Assembly (NCBI GenBank): GCA_963751005.1
Contig: CAVVSY010000004.1
Location: 384,502-448,501, forward strand
Direction: 5' to 3'
From: an uncultured bacterium
Lineage (GTDB): Bacteria > Actinomycetota > Acidimicrobiia > Spongiisociales > ZC4RG35
Length of the DNA: 64,000 nucleotides
Below are positions 9,729-22,433 of this stretch, piece by piece (the stretch's first letter is position 1; every line of letters starts with the position of its first letter). The notes beneath the pieces are model-generated. The model had not been told where the DNA came from. It saw nothing but the letters and a program-made list of their open reading frames with translations, and did no database searches. The position numbers and the translations under genes were made by a program.

Positions 9729-11803
9729 ATGATGTCTGAGCCGATGGAACTCATCACTCCGGACACCTACATCAATCGCGAGCTCTCGTGGCTCGAGTTC
9801 AACGAGCGCGTCTTCGCCCTGGCCGGCCGTGAGGACTTCCCCCTCCTCGAGAAGGTGAAGTTCCTCGCCATCTGGTCATCGAACCTCGACGAGTTCTTCC
9901 AGGTCCGTGTGGCCGGTCTGAAAGAGCAAGTGGCTCATGGTCTTCGCTCGGTGACTCCTGACGGTCTCACCCCGGGACAACAGCTGGCGGCGATCCGGGC
10001 CGTGGTCGACTCCCAGTATCAGGAGGTCTCCAAGCGATTCCTCTCCGAGATCGCCCCTGCCTTGGCCAAGGAGGGGATCGTCTTCGGCGACTACTCGACC
10101 CTCGACGACGACGATAGGGAGTTCCTCGACGGACAGTTCGCCGATCTGGTGTTCCCGGTGGTGACCCCGTTGGCGGTCGACCCGTCCCATCCCTTCCCTT
10201 ACATCTCGAACCTCTCACTGAACCTGGCGATCGTCGTCCGAAACCCGGAGACGACTCTGACCCGCTTCGCCAGGGTCAAGATCCCGCCGATCCTGCCCCG
10301 CTTCGTGGTGCTCCCCGACGGCGAGCGGTTCATCGCCCTCGAGCAGGTGATTGCAGCCCATCTCGACTCCCTGTTCCCGGGGATGGAGATCCTCGGCCAC
10401 CATGTGTTCCGGGTCACCCGAAACGCCGACTTCGAGGTCGAGGAGGACGAGGGCGGCGATCTGCTGATGAGCATCGAGTCGGAGCTGACCCAGCGCCGCT
10501 TCGGCCGGATGGTGCGTCTCGAGGTCCACCCTGACATGCCCAACGACGTTCTCGATCTGCTGATGCGGGAGATGGGGGCGACCGAGGACGACGTCTATCG
10601 GGTCGACGGGCCCGCTCGACCTGTCAGGGCTGTGGGGGGTGTCACGACCTCGACCGGCCCGAGCTCAAGTTCGGGGGTTCGTCGGGCGTCACGCCGTCCC
10701 GTCTCATCTCAGGCGGCGGCGAGCCGGTGGACTTCTTCGAGGTCATCCGGCAGGGCGACCTGATGGCCCATCACCCCTACGACTCGTTCTCCACCACGGT
10801 GGAGGCCTTCGTGCATCCGGGCGGCGCGTGACCCCGATGTCCTCGCGCTGAAGATGACGCTTTACCGCACCAACCAGGGCAGTCAGATAATGCAGTCACT
10901 CATCGATGCCGCGGAGCGGGGCAAGCAGGTGGTAGCCCTGGTCGAGCTGAAGGCCCGTTTCGACGAGGAACGCAACATCGAGTGGGCGCAACGTCTCGAG
11001 GATGCCGGTGTGCATGTCATGTACGGCGTCGTCGGGCTGAAGACCCACACCAAGATCGCACTTGTCATGCGCCGGGAAGGTGACCGTGTCGTCCGCTATG
11101 CCCACATCGGGACCGGGAACTACAACGAGACCACGGCACGAATCTACGAGGACGTCGGTGTCTTCACCGCGGACCCCGATCTCGGTTCCGACCTCTCCGA
11201 TCTCTTCAACTATCTGACCGGCTACAGCCGTCAGACCCGCTATCGATCGCTCGCAGTGTCGCCGGATGGGGATCCGGAGCCGCATCGAGGACCTGATCGC
11301 TGCCGAAGCGTCGCGGCCCGATGGCCACATCACCATGAAGATGAACTCCCTGGTCGACCCCGGGATCATCGCCGCGCTCTACGTGGCATCTCGACGCCGG
11401 CGCCCGGGTCGATCTGTGTGTCCGGGGGATCTGCAGTCTCATTCCCGGCGTCCAGGGCTCTCCGAGAACATCAAGGTCCGCTCCGTCGTGGGCCGCTACC
11501 TGGAGCATTCGCGGATCTACCGCTTCGGTGCCAGAGGCCGAGACGCGGCAGTACTACTACGGATCGGCGGACATGATGGAGCGCAACCTCGACCGGAGGG
11601 TCGAGGCGCTGGCCCCGGTGACCGACCCCGATCTCCAGTTCCGCATGGACGAGATCCTCGACGTGGTCTTCGCCGACGACGTCCTGGCCTGGGAGCTCGG
11701 GCCCGACCGGGAATGGCGACGCGTCCACGGTGACGACGGCCACCGACACCCATGTCGCCCTCCAGGAACTCGCCCTCGCCCGCAGCAGCGCTCACTCTAA
11801 GGC
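9729..11803 (+). CDS. ppk: Polyphosphate kinase 1; at least three frameshifts
   Basis: Pieces 9729.., 10854.., 11266.. and 11528.. cover the PPK1 N, head, and both PLD-like C domains ([29 protein letters not shown]; HSRIYRFG). Confidence 0.85.
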
Positions 11804-11950
11804 GGCGACACTCTGACCGACACCGGTCTGAACGGGGTCGAAACAGTTCATCCCCCGTTCACCTCGACATTGCCGTTGGGTTAACCGCTCTCCATAGCTT
11901 CCGTGTCCGCATCCCTGGGAGGATCTTATCCAGCAAGGAGATGAACGGGA

Positions 11951-13068
11951 ATGAAGAAGAGAACTCTGGTCGCGCTGACTCGCCGTGATGGCGTTGACGC
12001 TTGCGGCCTGTTCGTCCGAGCGGTGGCTCGCGACACCACCGAAGGTGGTGGAGACCCCGACGACGGCAGGCGAAGAGCCAGCCACCGCCGACCACCGATG
12101 CCGGGGACTCCGGAGGGGATGTTCGGCCTGCCGGTCATCGACCCGATCGATGTGGACGCGAGCGTGACCCTCGACATCGCCGGGTCGTCGACGGTGTTCC
12201 CGTTGTCGGTAGCGGTTGTCTCGCTGTGGGAGGACGAAGGCGGGCCACCCTACGAGATCGCTTCGATCGGGTCCGGTGGCGGTCTCGAGCGCTTCTGTGT
12301 CGAGGGAGCTCTCCGACATCGCCAACTCGTCCCGTGCGATCGACGAAGAGGAGACCGCTGCCTGCACCGAGACGTGGCGATGGCGAGCCGATCTCGATTC
12401 GGGTGGGCACCGATGCCCTCTCCGTGGTGATCAGCCCGGGCAACACCTTCGCCACCGAGCTCACCCTCGAAGAGGTTGCAGCGGCCTTCGCGCTGGCCGA
12501 CACCGGGGCGACCTGGGCCGATGTCAACCCGGACTTCCCGGCCCATCCCATCGCCCTGTACTCACCCGGGCGCCGACTCGGGGACGTTCGACTACTTCAA
12601 CGAGGTGGTCTTCCCCGAGGAGTTCGACGCGGAGGAGCCATCGCCGATCCTCTCCTCGATCGCCAACATCGTCGGTGAGGACGACAACCTCACCGTCCAA
12701 GGTGTTGCCGAGGATGGATGCACCGAGGGCGACACCACGACCACCTGCGCCATCGGCTACTTCGGGTATGCCTACTACCAGGAGAACCAGGACGTGCTGG
12801 TGGCGGTGGCAGTTGATGCCGGAGAGGGTGACGGCCCGGTGGCGCCCGAGCGCGGAGAGTGTCAACGAGAACCTCTACCCGATCTCCCGCCCGTTGTACA
12901 TGTACACCTCGCAGGCGGCGATCGACGCCAAGCCCCAGATTGCCGAGTTCGTCGCCTTCTACCTGAACAACGTCAACGACGTGATCTCTGAGGTCGGCTA
13001 CTTCCCAGCGCCTGAAGAGTCCTCTGCAGGAGGCTGCGGATCACATCAAGGCAGCGGCCGGCTGGTAA
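11951..13068 (+). CDS. pstS: Phosphate ABC transporter substrate-binding lipoprotein PstS; multiple frameshifts
   Basis: Signal/lipobox MKKRTLVALT...ALTLAACSSE. PBP-fold pieces appear in three frames (...LDIAGSSTVFPL...; ...YFGYAYYQEN...; ...NLYPISRPLYMYT...). Inferred stop at 13066-13068. Confidence 0.8.
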
Positions 13069-13157
13069 CCGGTCGCCGAAGACGCATGTCGGCGGAACCC
13101 GGCTCACTCACCATGGGTGACCGGGTTCCACCGACCCGATAGGTTTCGCCCGATGAG

Positions 13158-14130
13158 GTGGGGATGACGACCCACAGGAGCAAGCACCGACCACAGCGCC
13201 CTCGCTCAAGACGTCGGGCTCGTCCCGGCGAGGTCGCGATCCGGGCTTTTTTGTTCCTGTGCGGGGCGATCTCGATCATCACCACCCTCGGGATCCTCTA
13301 CGAGCTCGGCAAGGAGTCGCTGCTCTTCTTCCAGGACGAGTCGGTCTCTGTCGTCGAGTTCTTCACCCACACGGTCTGGCAGCCCCAGGCCGGGGTGTTC
13401 GGCATCCTCCCCCTCGTCCTGGGGACCTTGTTGATCAGTCTGATCGCCATCCTGGTCGCCGTGCCGATCGGTCTGGCGGCGGCGATCTACCTCGCCGAAT
13501 ACGCCAGCCGCAGGGTCCGTGGCATCTTCAAGCCGGTGCTCGAGGTGCTGGTGGGCATACCCACTGTCGTATACGGCTTCTTCGCTCTCACCTTCATCAC
13601 GCCGTTGCTCCGCTCCACGTTTGGCGAGTCGACGGTCGGGTTCTTCAACGTCCTCTCCGCCGGGATCGTCGTCGGCATCCTCATCGTCCCGCTGGTCAGC
13701 TCGCTTTCCGAGGATGCCCTGAGCGCAGTGCCCGACTCGCTGCGTCAGGCGGCGTACGGGCTCGGCGCCTCGAAGTTCGAGGTCTCCCTGCGCATCGTGG
13801 TCCCGGCCGCCCTCTCCGGGATCGCCGCTGGGATCGTCGTCGCCATCTCCACGGGCCGTGGGTGAGACCATGGTCGTGACCCTCGCCTCCGGGGCGGCAC
13901 CCCGCAACTTCTCCTGGGGTGACCCGATCTTCGGTTACATCCTCAACCCGTTCGAGCCGGCGCAGGCGATGACCGGCTACATCGTGGTCACCGCCAGTGG
14001 CGACCTCGCCTACAACACGATCGACTACAACTCCATCTTCGCCATCGGGCTTGCCCTGTTCTTCATGACCCTTGGGCTCAACTCCCTGAGTCGCCGTTTC
14101 GTCAAGCGATTCCGGCAGGTGTACGAATGA
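13158..14130 (+). CDS. pstC: Phosphate ABC transporter permease PstC; one frameshift near 13860
   Basis: TM-rich ORF with the EAA-like motif region ([27 protein letters not shown]). The C-terminus continues in frame 13858..14130. Confidence 0.85.
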
Positions 14131-15523
14131 GCGTCGTCGCCCCGGAGCGGCCCGTCGAGGAGCTGTTCCCGACCGACGAGGAGTACCCGTCATCTCGTGG
14201 TCGGCGGCGTACGGGCATCGGGCTTCCAGCTCTTCTGTCTCCTGATGCTGACGATCGCGGTGCTCGCTCTGGCGACACTCCTCTACACCATCATCAACGA
14301 CTCGTTCGGGCTCACCGCAGTGGTCAACCAGAACGATCCGGAGGAGGTGGTCGCCACACTCGGCTACGACCCGGCGACCACGCACCTTGGCCGATCTCTC
14401 CTACGACGAGCTGGTCGGCCTGCTCGAGGCCAACGTCTCCAGCGGGGCCGGGAGGAGACTGGAACGGGAACAGCGGTTCTATGAGGATCAGCTCGTCTTC
14501 GAGAGCGACGACGTCTGGGCCGAGATCTGTGCCTCCGACGAGCCGCCGACCGGATGTGACAAGGGCCCCCGGAGCCACTCGGACGTCCTTCAATTGGTCA
14601 ACGAACGGGTCATGGCGCCCGACGTGATCGCCTCGAATCAACTTCTCCCTTCTCATGCTCGAACCCGAGGCTTTCGAGCAGGAGATCGCCGAGGGCTTCG
14701 CCGCCGAGCGATTACGGTGACTACACCGAGGACCAGGCCCGGATCGAGTGGCGGGCCTGGTTCAACTGGACATTCATCACCAGTTCGGCGCATGCCCAAC
14801 CCGAGCTCGCCGGGATCCGCACCGCGATCCTCGGATCGGCCTGGCTGGTCGTCATCACCTTGCTGTTCGCCGTGCCGGTCGGGGTCGGAGCCGCCATCTA
14901 TCTCGTCGAGTTCGCCCGCCCGTCGCGGTTCAACGACCTCGTGCAGACCAACATCAACAACCTCGCCGGAGTGCCCTCGATCGTGTATGGCATGCTTGGC
15001 CTCGCCGTCTTCGTCCGGGTGCTGGAACCGCTGACTTCGGGGGCCCTCTTCGGGGTCGAGGGGCAGAGCGGCCGGTCGATCCTGTCGGCTGGACTCACAC
15101 TCGGACTGCTCACCCTCCCGGTCGTGATCATCTCGGCGCAGGAGGCGCTCAAGGCGGTGCCGGACTCGTTGCGGCAGGCGGGGCTCAGTCTCGGCGCCAC
15201 CAAGTGGCAAACGGTCCGGGCCCAGGTGCTGCCCGTGGCGATGCCCGGCATACTCACCGGGACGATCCTGGCCGTGGCCCGCGCCATCGGGGAGACGGCG
15301 CCTTTGATCCTGGTGGGGGCATCGTCGTTCATCACCTCGGACCCGTCCGGGCCCGTTCTCCAGCTTCACCGCCCTGCCGATTCAGATCTTCCAATGGACT
15401 TCCTTCCCCCAGGAGGAGTTCCGCAACATCGCGGCGGCGGCCAGCATCGCGCTGTTGCTGCTGCTGTTGACCCTCAACGCCTTCGCCGTGATACTTCGTA
15501 ATCGCTACTCCAGGAGAGTCTGA
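14127..15523 (+). CDS. pstA: Phosphate ABC transporter permease PstA (long form); several frameshifts
   Basis: Pieces 14127.., 14197.., 14387.. and 14860... Motif [28 protein letters not shown]. The true C-terminus ...FAVILRNRYSRRV ends at 15523. Confidence 0.8.
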
Positions 15524-15525
15524 AC

Positions 15526-16434
15526 GTGACCCAGGACCAGGAAGTGAAGGAAGTGACCGAGACTATCAGACCGCTCCGAGCAGCACCACGCCGCCCCGCC
15601 CGAGGTGGGCCATCACCTTGCCCCGGAGGACGCCGCGCCGCATGTTGGTGCCCGCGATGCGGACTGTGGACATGGATGTCTTCTACGGTGACTTCAAGGC
15701 TGTCCGCGACGTGACTCTGGGCTTTCGGCAAGAACGAGATCACCGCGCTCATCGGGCCGTCCGGCTGTGGCAAGTCGACCGTGCTCCGCTGCCTCAACCG
15801 GATGAACGACCTGATCCCGGGCGCCCGGGTGGAGGGCGAGGTCTACTTCCACGACAAGAACATCTACGACAGCGACGTCGACCCGGTGGAGATCCGTCGA
15901 CGCATCGGAATGGTCTTCCAGAAGCCCAACCCATTCTCCAAGTCGATCTACGACAACGTGGCATGGGGAGCCAAGATCAACGGCTTCAAGGGCAAGAAGG
16001 CCGACATGGACGATCTGGTGGAGCGGGCCCTGGTCCAGGCCGCTCTCTGGGACGAGGTCAAGGACAAGCTGCGAGGAGTCGGGCTACTCGCTGTCGGGAG
16101 GTCAGCAGCAGCGTCTCTGCATCGCCAGGGCGGTCGCCCCCAACCCCGAGGTCCTGCTCATGGACGAGCCCTGCTCCGCGCTGGACCCGATCGCCACCCT
16201 CCGCATCGAAGAGCTGATGCTCGACCTCAAGGAGACGCTACACGATCATCATCGTCACCCACAACATGCAGCAGGCGGCCCGGGTCAGCGATCGCACCGC
16301 CTTCTTCAACGTGAGGCTCAACGAGACCGGCCAGCGCACCGGCTACCTGGTCGAGTTCAGCCACACCGAGCAACTCTTCACCTCCCCCAACGGAGAAGGA
16401 CACCGAGGACTACATCACCGGCAGGTTCGGATGA
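15526..16434 (+). CDS. pstB: Phosphate ABC transporter ATP-binding protein PstB; frameshifts
   Basis: Walker [10 protein letters not shown], signature LSGGQQQR, Walker [12 protein letters not shown]. PstB-specific C-terminus ...FTSP...DYITGRFG. Confidence 0.85.
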
Positions 16435-17146
16435 CCGAGATCAAAGACACCAACATCCACTTCCATCAGGAGCTGGATCAGCTCGAGCGCAAGGTCCTCT
16501 CCATGGTCGACCAGGCCGAGCAGATGGTCGAGATGGCCGTCGAAGCGGCCACCACCGACGACATGGATCTTGGCCGCGCGAGTCATCGAGCTGGACAGCG
16601 GGATCGACGAGACCTATCTGGAGGTCCACCAGGGCTGGACTGCCCTCATGGCCCGACACCAGCCGCTCGGCTCCGACCTGCGGCGCATGACCATCCTGAT
16701 CCAGCTCAACGTGACCTTCGAGCGGATGGGCGATCAATGCGTCAACATCGCCAAGATCGCCCAGTTCAACCATGGCCTGCCCCCGGTGGAGCGGATCCGC
16801 GACCAGATCCGGGAGATGGGCGACCTGGTGCGCCCCATGATCCGCACCGCCATCGAGGCCTATGTGCGCAGCCGATCTCGACGAGGCGCGGCTGCTCCCG
16901 GCGATGGACCAGCCGGTGGATCGTCTCAACGCCAACATGTACAAGGAGACGGTGGCGGCGCGTGCCAACCCGGAGATGCTCGAGTGGGCCACCAAGATGC
17001 TCATGGCTTCGCGGGCTCTGGAGCGGGTCGGTGACCAGGCGGTGGACTTCGCCGAGCAGACCGCCTACCTGATCACGGGGGAGAGGGCCGAGTTCGACGA
17101 GGATGGCATGGCCAGGGCTCTCGATGACTACACCGACCGAGCGTAG
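16431..17146 (+). CDS. phoU: Phosphate transport system regulator PhoU; frameshifts
   Basis: Two PhoU repeats ([13 protein letters not shown]; [14 protein letters not shown]). The start overlaps the pstB stop. Confidence 0.8.
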
Positions 17147-17843
17147 ACCCAATCGGATCCTGATCGTCGAGGACGAGCCAGGTCTCGCCGAGTCGGTTCG
17201 CTATGCCCTGGAGTCCGAGGGCTTCGAGGTCGACGCTCGCCGTCACGCGGACTAGCCGGCCTCGAGGCGGCCCGGAGCGATCAGCCCCGACCTGGTGTTG
17301 CTCGACCTGATGCTGCCCGAGATGTCGGGTCTCGACGTCTGCCGGCAGATCCGATCGTCATCCGACGTCCCGATCATCATGCTGACCGCCAAGGACTCCG
17401 AGGCTGACAAGGTCACCGGTCTCGAACTCGGCGCCGACGACTACATGACCAAGCCATTCTCGATGCGGGAGCTCATCGCCCGGGTGCAGGGCGAATCTGC
17501 GCCGTTCGGCGAAGACCGGGGTGCTGGCCGAGTCGAACGAGGTCCTCAGGGGCGGGCCGATCGAGCTGGACATCGATGCCCACGTGACCCGTGTCGGTGG
17601 GGCGACGAGGTGGAGCTTCGACCCAAGGAGTTCGAGCTGCTCGAGTCCCTGATGCGACGCAAGAACCGTCTCGCCGCCCGGCACACCCTCATCGACGAGG
17701 TCTGGGGACCGTCGTACTTCGGGGACACCAAGACCCTCGACGTCCACATCAAGCGTCTTCGGGAGAAGCTGGAGGCCGACTCCTCGAACCCGAAGCACAT
17801 CGTCACGGTTCGAGGTCTCGGCTACAAGTTCGTAGATGAGTAG
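17124..17843 (+). CDS. OmpR-family response regulator (PhoP/RegX3-like, Pho-regulon context); frameshifts
   Basis: Receiver RILIVEDEPGLAES...LLDLMLPEMSGLDVCRQIR...IIMLTAKDSEADKVTGLELGADDYMTKPF. Winged helix ...LDVHIKRLREKLE...VTVRGLGYKFV. Confidence 0.8.
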
Positions 17844-19575
17844 CCGCTCCGGCGCTCGAACCAAGCTCTCCTCCCGGTTCATCGTCTACTTCACGATCAC
17901 CTATCTGGTGATGATCGGCCTGATGGGCTGATCATCGTCGACATGACGACGAGGTACGCGCTCATCGACGACGTCGACGAGAACCTCGCTATCGCAGCGC
18001 GGTCTCGCCGCCGAGGCGCTCCCCGACGATCCCGTCGGAGTACCAGTCCTGGGCCGAGGCAACGCTACGACGTCAGCGGGTTCCGCACCACCCTCATCGC
18101 AACGGACGGGGCCGTGCTGGCCGACTCCCACTCCGATCCCGCTGTCATGGAGAACCACCTCGAGCGGCCCGAGGTCCAGGGGGCACTCGCCGGAGCGGTA
18201 GGTGACCGACCAGCGGGTCAGCGACAGCACCGGGTCCGAGCAGCGCTATGTCGCCATCCCTCCGCAGGACGACGCTGATCGTCAGGACCTCAGTGCCTAC
18301 CCGGGTGATCGACGACGAGCTCGGGCTGAGTGCGGAGATCGATCGTCGTCACCGCCGTCGATTCTCGGTGCTCGTCGGCGTCGGGCTAATGGCGCTCTTC
18401 GCCCGACGTCTCGCCCGGCCCATCACCGAGCTCACCGACCAGGCTCGGGCGGTCGCGGAGGGAGACGTCGACGTGACCCCACGCCGATCACGGGTCGAGG
18501 AGCTCGACCAGCTCGGGTGTGGCCATCTCGACGATGGCGAGCGGCTCGGAGCCAGGGTGTCCGACGCCGAGCAGGCGATGCGACCCTCGAACTGGTGCTG
18601 GGCGCGTTGCCCCAAGGGACGATCCTGGTGGATGCGCAGGACCGCATCGTCTACGTCAACCCGTCAGTGGGCAGGATCCTGGGGACGGTGCCGGAGACGC
18701 TCTCGGCCCTCGCGCCTCTGCAGTTCCAGAACGCCGTCCGAGAAGCGCGGTCGACCAAGGAGACGCAGACCCGCGAGCTCGACCACGGAAGCCCGGCGCG
18801 CCGTCTGCGTGGTCTGGCCACCCCGTTCACGGTCGATGACCGCGTGCTGCTCCTCGTGGTCGACATCACCGAGCGGGAGCGGGCCGACTCGATCCGGCGC
18901 GACTTCGTCGCCAACGCGTCACACGAGCTGAAGACCCCGGTGGCGACGATCATCGCCTCCTCGGAGGCTCTCCAGATCGCCTTCGATCGGGGTGACGCAT
19001 CGGCGGCAAACTTCGCCGATGCGCATCGAGGGCTCGGCACGTCAGCTCGACCGGCTGGTCGGGGACCTCCTCGACCTGTCACGTCTGGAGCGGGAGCAGC
19101 CCGAGCTGGCTCCGGCTCGTCTCGATCATCCTGATCCGTGAGGAGGTCGAGCGTATCAGGGCCGATGCCGAGGCCAAGGGCATCGATCATCGATGTGAGG
19201 GCGCGAAGAGGTGATAGCTGCGCTCAACCAGCGTGACCTGGCCACCGCCGTGCGGAACATCCTCGACAACGCGGTGCGCTACACGCCGGCCGGCGGCTCG
19301 GTGACGGTCGATGTGCCTCGCCACCGGCGAGGAGGCTGTGGTATCCGTGGCCGACACCGGGGAGGGCATCCCGACACGCGACATCGAAGAGGGTCTTCGA
19401 GCGGTTCTACCGGGTCGACTCGGCGAGGGCGCGCGCCACCGGTGGCACAGGGCTGGGGCTGTCCATCGTGAAACACGTCGTCGAAAGTCATGGCGGGCGG
19501 GTCATCGGTGGAGAGCGAGCTGGGCGTGGGGTCGACCTTCACCATCCAGCTCCCGTTGGCCACATGGGGTGAAAC
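17835..19575 (+). CDS. Sensor histidine kinase (PhoR/SenX3-like): TM, HAMP, PAS, HisKA, HATPase_c; multiple frameshifts
   Basis: Start overlaps the response-regulator stop (ATGA). H-box [16 protein letters not shown] boxes [11 protein letters not shown] and [17 protein letters not shown], spread over three frames. The 3' end is uncertain. Confidence 0.75.
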
Positions 19576-19623
19576 GTGCGGCGGGGAACTAGCCTGTGCA
19601 TGCCGATCTCCGGCGTTTCCAGC

Positions 19624-21483
19624 ATGCTCGAATCGATCTCCTCACCATCTGATCTCCGGCTCCTCGACCACGAGCAACTGGCAGCGTTGTCCGAGGAGAT
19701 CAGGACGTTCATCCTGGAGAAGGTCTCCAAGTCCGGCGGCCACCTCTCCCCGAACCTGGGCGTCGTCGAGCTCACCTTGGCGATGCATCGGGTGTTCGAC
19801 TCGCCGTCCGACCGCTTCATCTGGGACGTCGGGCACCAGGCGTACGTCCACAAGATCGTCACCGGGCGGGCCGATCGCTTCGACGAGCTCCGGCACACCG
19901 GTGGGCTTGTCCGGTTATCCGAGTCGTGAGGAGTCCGAGCACGACTTCGTGGAGAACAGCCATGCCTCGACGTCGCTCAGCTATGCGTTGGGCCATGCCC
20001 TCGCCGGGTACGAAGGCTGGACCGTGGCGGTCATCGGTGACGGCGCCTTCACCGGCGGCATGGCCTACGAGGCGCTCAACCACATCGCGGTCGCCAGACC
20101 GGAGCGTCTCATCATCGTCCTCAACGACAACGGTCGCTCCTACGCCCCAACCGTGGGTGGTCTGGCGGCGTTGTCCAACCTGGCCCACTACCGCATCGAT
20201 CCTCGCTACGAGCGCGCCAAGAACACGATCGGGCGGATGCTGCGGGGAATCCCGCTCGTCGGGGAGACCGCCGACGAGATGGCGAGCCGGATGAAGGACG
20301 CGGTCAAGCAGATCCTCGAGCCGGCGACCGTCTTCGACGCCCTCGACCTCAAGTACACCGGTGCGATCGACGGCCACGACATCGCCCTGATCGAGGAGAC
20401 CCTGCAGCAGGCCAAGACCTACGCCGAGCCGGTCGTGGTCCATGTCATCACCGAGAAGGGCAACGGCTACCAGCCGGCGATCGAGGACGAGGAGGAGAAG
20501 CTCCACGGCGTCGGCGCATTCGATCTCGCCACGGGGAAGGCGCACAAGGCCGAGCTCAAGCTGACCGACGTCGCCGGAAGGGCGGTGCTCGCCGCCGCCA
20601 CCACCCGTCCCGACCTCATCGGGGTCTCGGCGGCGATGATCTCCACCACCGGTCTGAAGGAGATGGCGCAAGCGTTCCCCGACCGTGTGTTCGACACCGG
20701 GATCGCCGAACAGCACACCGTGACCCTGGCGGCGGGGATGGCCATGGCAGGCAAACGTCCGATCGTCGCCCTCTACTCGTCGTTCCTGCAGCGCGCCTTC
20801 GACCAGATCGTCACCGATGTCGCCCTCCACGACCTGCCGGTGACCTTCCTCATCGATCGGGCGGGGGTCACCGGGCCCGACGGCCCTTCCCACCACGGCG
20901 TCTTCGACCTGTCGTATCTCCGGATGATCCCCAACATGACCATCGGGGCCCCGGCCGACGCCACCGAGCTCTGCGCCATGATCGAGACCGCGGTCGATCA
21001 CGACGGCCCGATTGCGGTCCGCTATCCCAAGGGTGGCGCGGTGTCCGTGCCTTCACTGCCGGTGGAGCCGCTTGGAGGTCGGTCGTGCCGAGCTCATCAG
21101 CGAGGGTGACGATGTGCTCCTGGTCGCCGTGGGTCGCATGGTCGAGGTCGCCGAGAAGGCGGCCGCCGACCTCGCTGGGAGGGGTGTCGCGCGCCGGCGT
21201 GGTCAATGCCCGCTGGGTCAAGCCGCTCGACCCGAGGATCGTGGAATGGTCAGCCCCCGTGACCACGGGTCGTCACCCTCGAAGACAATGTGATCGCCGG
21301 CGGTTTCGGTGCGGCCGTGATGGAGCTCCTTCGCCGCGGGCGGGCTGGTGAAGCCGGTGACCAACATCGGCGTGCCCGACGGGTTCCTCCCCTTCGGGTC
21401 GGCCTCAGACCTGTTGGAGATGGTGGGCATGGACCCGGGCTCGGTGGTCGAGCGGTTGCTCCTCGCCATCGGCTCCTCGACCT
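19624..21483 (+). CDS. dxs: 1-deoxy-D-xylulose-5-phosphate synthase; four or more frameshifts
   Basis: TPP-binding GHQAYVHKI...[16 protein letters not shown], the transketolase-like Pyr domain and the C-terminus ...[20 protein letters not shown]. The stop shares CTAG with the convergent permease. Confidence 0.85.
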
Positions 21484-22322
21484 AGTTGCGTCCCGGGATG
21501 GCGACGCGCCGCTCGTACCAGCGCAGAAGCAGGCTGAGCCCCAGCGTCAGCACGACGTAGATGATCGCCAGGATGAAGTACGACTCCCGGAAACCGGAAA
21601 GAGCCACCGGCGTAGAGCCGGGCCATCTGGGTCACCTCACGCACGGCGAGGATCGAGACCAGTGACGTGTCCTTCATCAATGAGATCAAGTCGTTGCCCA
21701 GTGCCGGCAGCATGTTGCGGACCGCCTGGGGGAGGACGATGCGACGCATGATCTGACGGTCGCGGAGACCCAGGGCCCGACCGGCCTCCGACTGCTCGCG
21801 GGGGACCGACTGGATGCCCGCTCGAAACACCTCGGCGATGAACGCCGCATAGAAGAGACTCAGGGCAGCTGCCCCTCGCAACGCCTGGGGAAAGGCGCGA
21901 CTGGGCTGGTTGAGCAGCTGGGCGAAATCGGTTACCAGGACGAAGGCCACCAGGAAGATGAACACCAGCATCGGGATGCCCCGCACCAACTCGATATAGG
22001 TGGCGGCGATGTTGGAGAGCCAGGCGTTCTTGGAGACCCTGGCCAAGCCGATCATGAGACCCAAGACGATGGCGACGATGAACGACCCGAAGGTCAGATA
22101 GAAGGTCATCATGATCCCCTCGAGCCAGTTGAAGGGGATCGGGAAGATCGAGTAGAAGGCCTCGCGGTAGTTCTCGTTGAAGACCACCGCCACGACCATC
22201 GTCCCGATGATCAGCAACATCGCCACCAGCCACCAGGGGAACTCCTTGGCGTCGAAGCTGTAGGCACCGCCGACGGTGGGCGCAGGCGGCTCCGGCTTCT
22301 CGGTGACGGCTGGCTGGGTCAT
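21481..22322 (-). CDS. Polar amino-acid ABC transporter permease (HisM/GlnP type); one frameshift near 21600
   Basis: TM protein with the EAA loop (EAGRALGLRDRQIMRRIVLPQA). True C-terminus ...LLLRWYERRVAIPGRN in a second frame. Confidence 0.8.
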
Positions 22323-22380
22323 GGCGGTGGAACATAGTGAGACGCCGGGTCAGATGACCCGGCGTCTCACAGAAACGAAG

Positions 22381-22428
22381 GAGCGTGTGCAGTTGAGGTC
22401 GCATATGCGACCTCAACTGCACACGCTC
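22381..22428. repeat. 48-bp perfect palindrome, copy A of the repeat family (GAGCGTGTGCAGTTGAGGTCGCAT|ATGCGACCTCAACTGCACACGCTC)
   Basis: Read directly. It sits 5 nt 3' of the substrate-binding-protein stop and 58 nt 5' of the permease start, inside a co-directional operon. Confidence 0.9.
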
Positions 22429-22433
22429 AGAGA

